A stretch of 64,000 nucleotides of DNA, taken from Ylistrum balloti (taxonomy: Eukaryota). The notes below the pieces were generated by a model. It was given only the letters and a program-made list of their open reading frames with translations. It was not told where the DNA came from and searched no databases. The DNA lies in contig NW_026782179.1 of NCBI RefSeq assembly GCF_031769215.1, positions 2,108,001-2,172,000 of the forward strand, given 5' to 3'. Position numbers and translations under genes: made by a program. Position 1 is the stretch's first letter, and the number at the start of each line of letters is the position of its first letter. Below, one piece after another: positions 58,601 to 64,000 of this stretch.

Positions 58601-61600
58601 ACATATAACAATGCTGCCGAAAAAGATCACACAGGTATCATTGGGGGTGAAAATCACAGTATTCATGATCTTGTATCTATGATCATAGAACTTAAAGCTG
58701 ATGTCAAAAAACTACATTCAAAGTTAGATGAAATGAGAAACTTACCAAAAGAAAAACTACAAACGGTGGACTGTGGTACACAAACTGGCCAATCAAAATG
58801 CTGTGGGAAAGGTGAAACAGAACACAGTGAGAAGCTTTACAGGGAATATGGCGAGAAAGGACAAATAGAATGTAGTGAGAAAGGTTATACAGAATCTGAT
58901 GTGAACAGCCAAACAGAACTTGGTGAGAAACTTGTTATGACTTATGCTGAAGTTGTGTCACAGCGTTCAGTTACAGTGAGACAAAAACAGCAAAAGTAGC
59001 CTTCCATTTAAATCATCAGGGAACTATACCGCATCTTCAGTTCCACCATCAGTGGTGAGAAAGAGAATCATTTCATCGTCGCCCACACAATTGAACATGG
59101 AGAGTCCCTGTGAGGATATTGGAGTGGAAGGTAGAAGTAGCCCATATTGTACACTACTTGTTGGATCCTCTATTCTCAGATTGGTAGAGAGAAAGAAACT
59201 TCAGTTTAATATGGATGTCAGGACATACCGTGGTGCTAAGATTAACACTGTCAGGGAGAGATTGCTAACAATGACACTGTCGAACTATCGGCGTTTGATC
59301 ATTCATGTAGGTGGAGATGACATCTCTAGTGGTCGTAGTGAACAGGACATACAGAGCGACTTTACTCATCTAACATCTTCCATTCATTCTACAAGCCCAG
59401 ACATACAGATAGTATACGTGGCAATCACCCCACGGACAGACTGTGATGTTATTCCCACAAACAGAAATCTCCAGGAAATGTGCAATAAACAACACTTGGA
59501 TTTCATTCCAAGCTACAGAGTATTTGTTGACAATGATAACTTTCAGAGAAATGGACTCTACAGTAGAGATGGTATTCATCTCACTAAATATGGAACGGCA
59601 TTGTTTCTGAAAAACATTGATCGATCCTTATCTCACAGTATACTGAGAAGAAATCCTTCTGAGTCTTCAAATCATGAAAATGTATCTTAATTTCTCACAG
59701 ACTTTGGGTAGAAATCAAAGCGAATGTGTCAATGTTTTTACATGTATTAAAGACAATCAGAACCAGATTTCCTAAATCATTGTTTATGTTTTAATGAAGC
59801 ATTTGGGAAACTGAATTCAGTTTATTCTTGCAAAGTTAAACATATTTCATGTCAAAGATGAATTAAGACACCAGCAAAGACCATAAAGAGACCTAGCCAT
59901 AGAACATTGGTCAGTAAAACAGTATGATGCTTTTATACAACATGATTCATGTAAATCAGATTTCTTACAATGAAGAGAGACAGAGAAAGCTATGTATACA
60001 CCCAATGTTCCAGGTACACCTAATATTCCAGATATTGTTTATTTGTTTCTATGACTATGGCCAAGGGTCACTTTGATTTTAAAATACAATGTATTAACAT
60101 GTTAGTAACAGATACTGGGTATGAGGGTGGAAGTGACACAGTTGGTCCTAACTTGGTTAGGAGATAAGATATTGAGAAAGAGGAAATGTCAGGTATTAAG
60201 GACATGTAGACAAATCAAAGTTTATAAGAATCAGCATGGTTTAGAGATGGAGAAAATCAGGGTTGTTGAAGCATGGTTTAGAGATAAATCAAATCAAAGG
60301 TAGTGAAATTTCACATTTTTAGAAGATATGAGGAAAATGAGTGGTGAGATACAGAATGGTTAGGAGATAAAGACAAAGACATAGTGGTGAGATACAGAAT
60401 GGTTAGGAGATAAAGACAAAGACAGAGTGGTGAGATACAGAATGGTTAGGAGATAAAGACAAAGACAGAGTGGTGAGATACAGAATGGTTAGGAGATAAA
60501 GACAAAGACATAGTGGTGAGATACAGAATGGTTAGGAGATAAAGACAAAGACAGAGTGGTGAGATACAGAATGGTTAGGAGATAAAGTCAAAGACAGAAT
60601 GGTGAGATACAGCATGGTTAGGAGATAAAGACAAAGACATAGTGGTGAGATACAGAATGGTTAGGAGATAAAGACAAAGACAGAGTGGTGAGATACAGAA
60701 TGGTTAGGAGATAAAGACAAAGACAGAGTGGTGAGATACAGAATGGTTAGGAGATAAAGACAAAGACAGAGTGGTGAGATACAGAATGGTTAGGAGATAA
60801 AGACAAAGACAGAGTGGTGAGATACAGAATGGTTAGGAGATAAAGACAAAGACAGAGTGGTAAGATTAGCATTGTTAAGGCTGATTATAATGAATTGTGA
60901 TCACAAGGAAATAATAAGACACTACTGTATTGATGGGAAGTAACACAAAACCCTGAGAAACAAGGAAGGATAGCTTGTGTAATGCAACAGAGGATAAAAC
61001 ATTGTGGTCTTTAATGCATGGATGGATGCCTCTGTGATAGGGCACAGGATTCCGTGCCAAATGCTCTTTGCTTCAAGGAAACCAATGGACAAAGCTAGAA
61101 TCAGGATAAGAAATCGGGATCAATGTCACATTGTACCCATTAAATAATATTTTATTGAAATGACACCATGAAAATGGTGAACATGTTGGCCTCATTCATA
61201 TAGGAACCATTCTTTTGAATTACCTTGGTGTGTTGTTGTGAATAGTTGGAGTAATCCTGGAAGGCTTGGTTCATTTAATTCTCATTTGGTAATGGTGTCA
61301 TAAAAGTGTTACATGATAAGCTAATGTCACCTTTGGTGACCATTTGACTTATCAAGAATATTAACCAACTGATTACCGTAATATTGTGATTTTATAAGGT
61401 ACACGTATAAGGTCAACAAATTCCAATGTATTTTACTTCATGATTGAATATAATGAACATCTTGTCAGTATTTAGAGAAATTCAATTTTAGATAATGCTA
61501 CCAGTTTATAAGATGCATCAAATGGCATATAACAAATTCCTTTATATTCTGGATTTATACATCTGTTACTGATCCTCTGATAATAGTTTCTACATTCAAG

Positions 61601-62981
61601 TAGTGAAGTATTAACAACATAGTACACAAATACATTGTAACTAAAGCTAGTGTACTATATAAACATCATTTAATATTAATCCTTCATGGCTTCCAAGTAA
61701 CTGTATATACATCAAATTACTCTAAAGTTATTTTATTTTGTAATTTACAGAGAGTAGCCAGGTTATACATATATAACAGTGTACATGATGTACACCTAGC
61801 CATTGTCACTATCAGATAAAGGCTTGTTGTTTAACATACAGTATTTTGTTTTCCAGATTTAGAAAATGGCTTTCAGAAAGATATGAAAACACCACTGCCT
61901 CCTCCACTGGTAAGTCTGCCCCCTCCTATGATATTGATGCAGTCTGTCATTTCACCTTCAAATACTGAGACTCTTTGCAAAATCAGAATATTATTGAATT
62001 TGACCTATACATTAATAACTTATGGAAAATATATTCCATAAAAAAACACAAAAAAGTTTGTTTTTCCTTTTAATAGACTCAGTATAAATCATAGTTATAA
62101 GTACAGGAATAGGTCTAGTCTGGAGATGCTAAAAATAGAAATTTCCAAGTCATTATCAGTTTTAGGTTCTGTTGAAAGGTCACAATTTTTTTCATACTAG
62201 GTATCAATATAATATTAACTTCAATGTTTGTCAGTGTTTGTAGCCACATTAGTAAGAGTTGGTAAGACTGGTTACAAAATAAAACAGCTCTAGTTTACAG
62301 TTATGTTCTCACTAATAAACAAATGTTTATTTAACATTGAAGACGGAAACCATGGAGATATCCCCTGGAGTTACAGTACGTGAGGGCGGCAGAGTAAGGA
62401 GAGGGCCAGCACGAGTGAGTTCATTCATTATTCTTTTCCTGTGTTAATTAGCCTTCATTGTTGGAACATGTGTTAAAGGAATCTTATGATGCCTGTGACT
62501 GCTAAAGTTAAAAAGATAATTGAATGTTCATTTGATGACAATGAATACCATCAAAATGTGAAGTTATAGATATTTAGTAGAAAACAACATTGCCAGTGTT
62601 ATGTTGTATTCCAATATATCGTTCAATAATCTTTTTTAGGTTGGTGATGTACAAGTATTGAGTTAGTCATAATCCATTTGTTATGAATCTATAAAGAATG
62701 ACAACAACAGAAGAGGGAAATTTCTAGATTCCTGTGGAAAGTAATGAACATCACACTGAAGTAATTTCTTGTTTCTTGTTTTTCAGTATGTACGAAAGGT
62801 TGATAAATTCACAGAGAGCCAACAATCCTTACGGCCAGTGGCTACCCGAACCACTGCTCCTTCTCTGGAGGTGGCTGACCTGTTAGATCGACAAACACCA
62901 ATTCTTCGTGTGATGCGGGACTCGCCACCACTCCCACCCATTGTACCACACCCACCAGCACAATCAAGAATCCCAACGTAG
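52668..62981 (+). CDS. C2orf81: C2orf81-like (DUF4639) protein, about 454 aa; join(52668..52786,53709..53871,54254..54323,54631..54757,55039..55156,55341..55538,56110..56213,57254..57399,61857..61909,62343..62414,62787..62981)
   Basis: Eleven phase-consistent exons totalling 1365 nt. IVPGKFNDQDW...EEFVEDIIDEL...QQLLPFTV..AKDAILQIIEWQFLSRDEGE...W.EDEEP....TDCWAQGSVP matches the C2orf81 N-terminal domain as recalled. Confidence 0.88.
55585..55975. repeat. 25-bp minisatellite (ttaccacattatagtaacaagtaag) with a 100-bp higher-order duplication
   Basis: The block ccacaatagagtagcaagtaaattatcac... recurs exactly at 55691 and 55791. Confidence 0.9.
56204..56950 (+). repeat. 32-bp minisatellite, about 23 copies, whose unit spans the exon-7/intron-7 junction of the C2orf81-like gene
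   Basis: Unit catctcacagGTATAActtgtcataatataga; the first copy supplies the real exon end at 56213 and the next GT is at 56246. Confidence 0.95.
58317..59690 (+). mobile_element. LINE ORF1-like coiled-coil plus SGNH esterase ORF (CR1/L2-type), with one frameshift near 58980-58997 and no ORF2
   Basis: Heptads IHDLVSMIIELKADVKKLHSKLDEM; SGNH blocks LLVGSSI, YRGA, IIHVGGDD and RDGIHL. The second frame is open from 58980, overlapping the end of the first. Confidence 0.75.
60341..60862. repeat. 43-bp minisatellite, about 12 copies
   Basis: gtggtgagatacagaatggttaggagataaagacaaagacaga; period 43 (60384 to 60427). Confidence 0.95.
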
Positions 62982-64000
62982 TGTGCAGCCTTAAAACATC
63001 AACATAGAAATACAGAACTGATCATACAAAATAATTAAATGGAATGGCATGTAAGAAAATGTTATCATAGCTTTGTGTAGCAGCAGTATCATAGTCGATG
63101 GTGATTTTCAGAGACTTTGTTATTGCTAGATATATCTATCAGACATTTTCTCTTATAACTTCCAAAAATCTGGTGATCAGTCATTTAGATAAAAGTATAT
63201 ATAAGTAATGATATGAAATTGTATGGAAAAATGTACATATTTGTAAATAAAATACTTGTAAGATAAAGCTGTTGTCATGCAGTTAATTATACGGCTCATT
63301 ATACTGTACATTGTATTTTATATATAAAGTCCAGTACACTTACATAATTATGTTCAGAATGTTAACTACATTGTATTCTTGCAGATGTGCTATATTTACA
63401 TAGCAGATAATTCTTTACAACTATTAATAGTTTATATTACCTCTCTGTGATATTTTAATACCTTATCAAGTTGAATGTGCTGATATTAGCTGCAAGTGTC
63501 ATGTTATTTTATGTTTTGATAATGTCAGAAGTTTTTTTTTTTATTTATAAGGGCCTATTCGGCTTTGTTTCTTTTAGAAGTTCTAATGTGAACCAAAGTA
63601 AGGCCTTTCTCTCTCAGAAAATCATTTCTACTTCCTGATTTATCATTCTAAACTTTCAAATTAAATGGACATATATTACATATTGATTTTTCTTTTCTTT
63701 TTTTTGGCTAATAAAGATTGAAGTAATTAATGTAGGCTATAATTCATGCAAATTTTACATGTTCTGCGAAATATTCTCAACTGATGCAACGGTTTGTTTA
63801 GATAATAAAACATGTGAGAAAATATCCAGTATCTTATTTATTTTTTGCTAGACACTGGGCCAAGTATTCCTAGTGTTTTATACCAGATTACAGAGGCAAT
63901 CCCTCCAGGTCACCATTGATGTATGTAGGTTTGTAATGACTTGACAGACACATCAGATATACGTTACCTAAACTGTACAGTAATATTACTATTGAAAAAA

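Overview
This is AT-rich animal genomic DNA with spliceosomal introns; the repeat families look bivalve-mollusc-like (inference). It contains one 136-N gap. Genes from left to right: (1) the last exon of mitochondrial thioredoxin TXN2 (+); (2) an intronless class A GPCR (+); (3) a five-exon gene (+, about 1708 aa) whose four small exons, only partly visible in the ORF track, build a TASOR/TEX15-type DUF3715 pseudo-PARP domain, followed by a 4.5-kb low-complexity terminal exon with a CtBP-type PLDLS motif, SUMO consensus sites and an RS/RD tail; (4) a second 4.5-kb single-exon orphan ORF (+) with an N-terminal LSLSERF motif, 12-aa TSPNF repeats, DPR motifs and an RS tail; (5) ENKD1 (-), head-to-head with (6) a C2orf81/DUF4639-like gene (+). 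The C2orf81-like introns hold a minisatellite made of an amplified splice donor and an orphan LINE-ORF1-like coiled-coil plus SGNH esterase ORF. The rest is non-autonomous elements (HINE/Helentron-like, SINE, MITE), piggyBac and LINE remnants, a roughly 150-bp hairpin and many minisatellites. The top candidate system is an invertebrate HUSH/TEX15-like transposon-silencing pseudo-PARP locus with a neighbouring giant-exon partner or paralogue. Protein family calls are from remembered motifs, not database searches.
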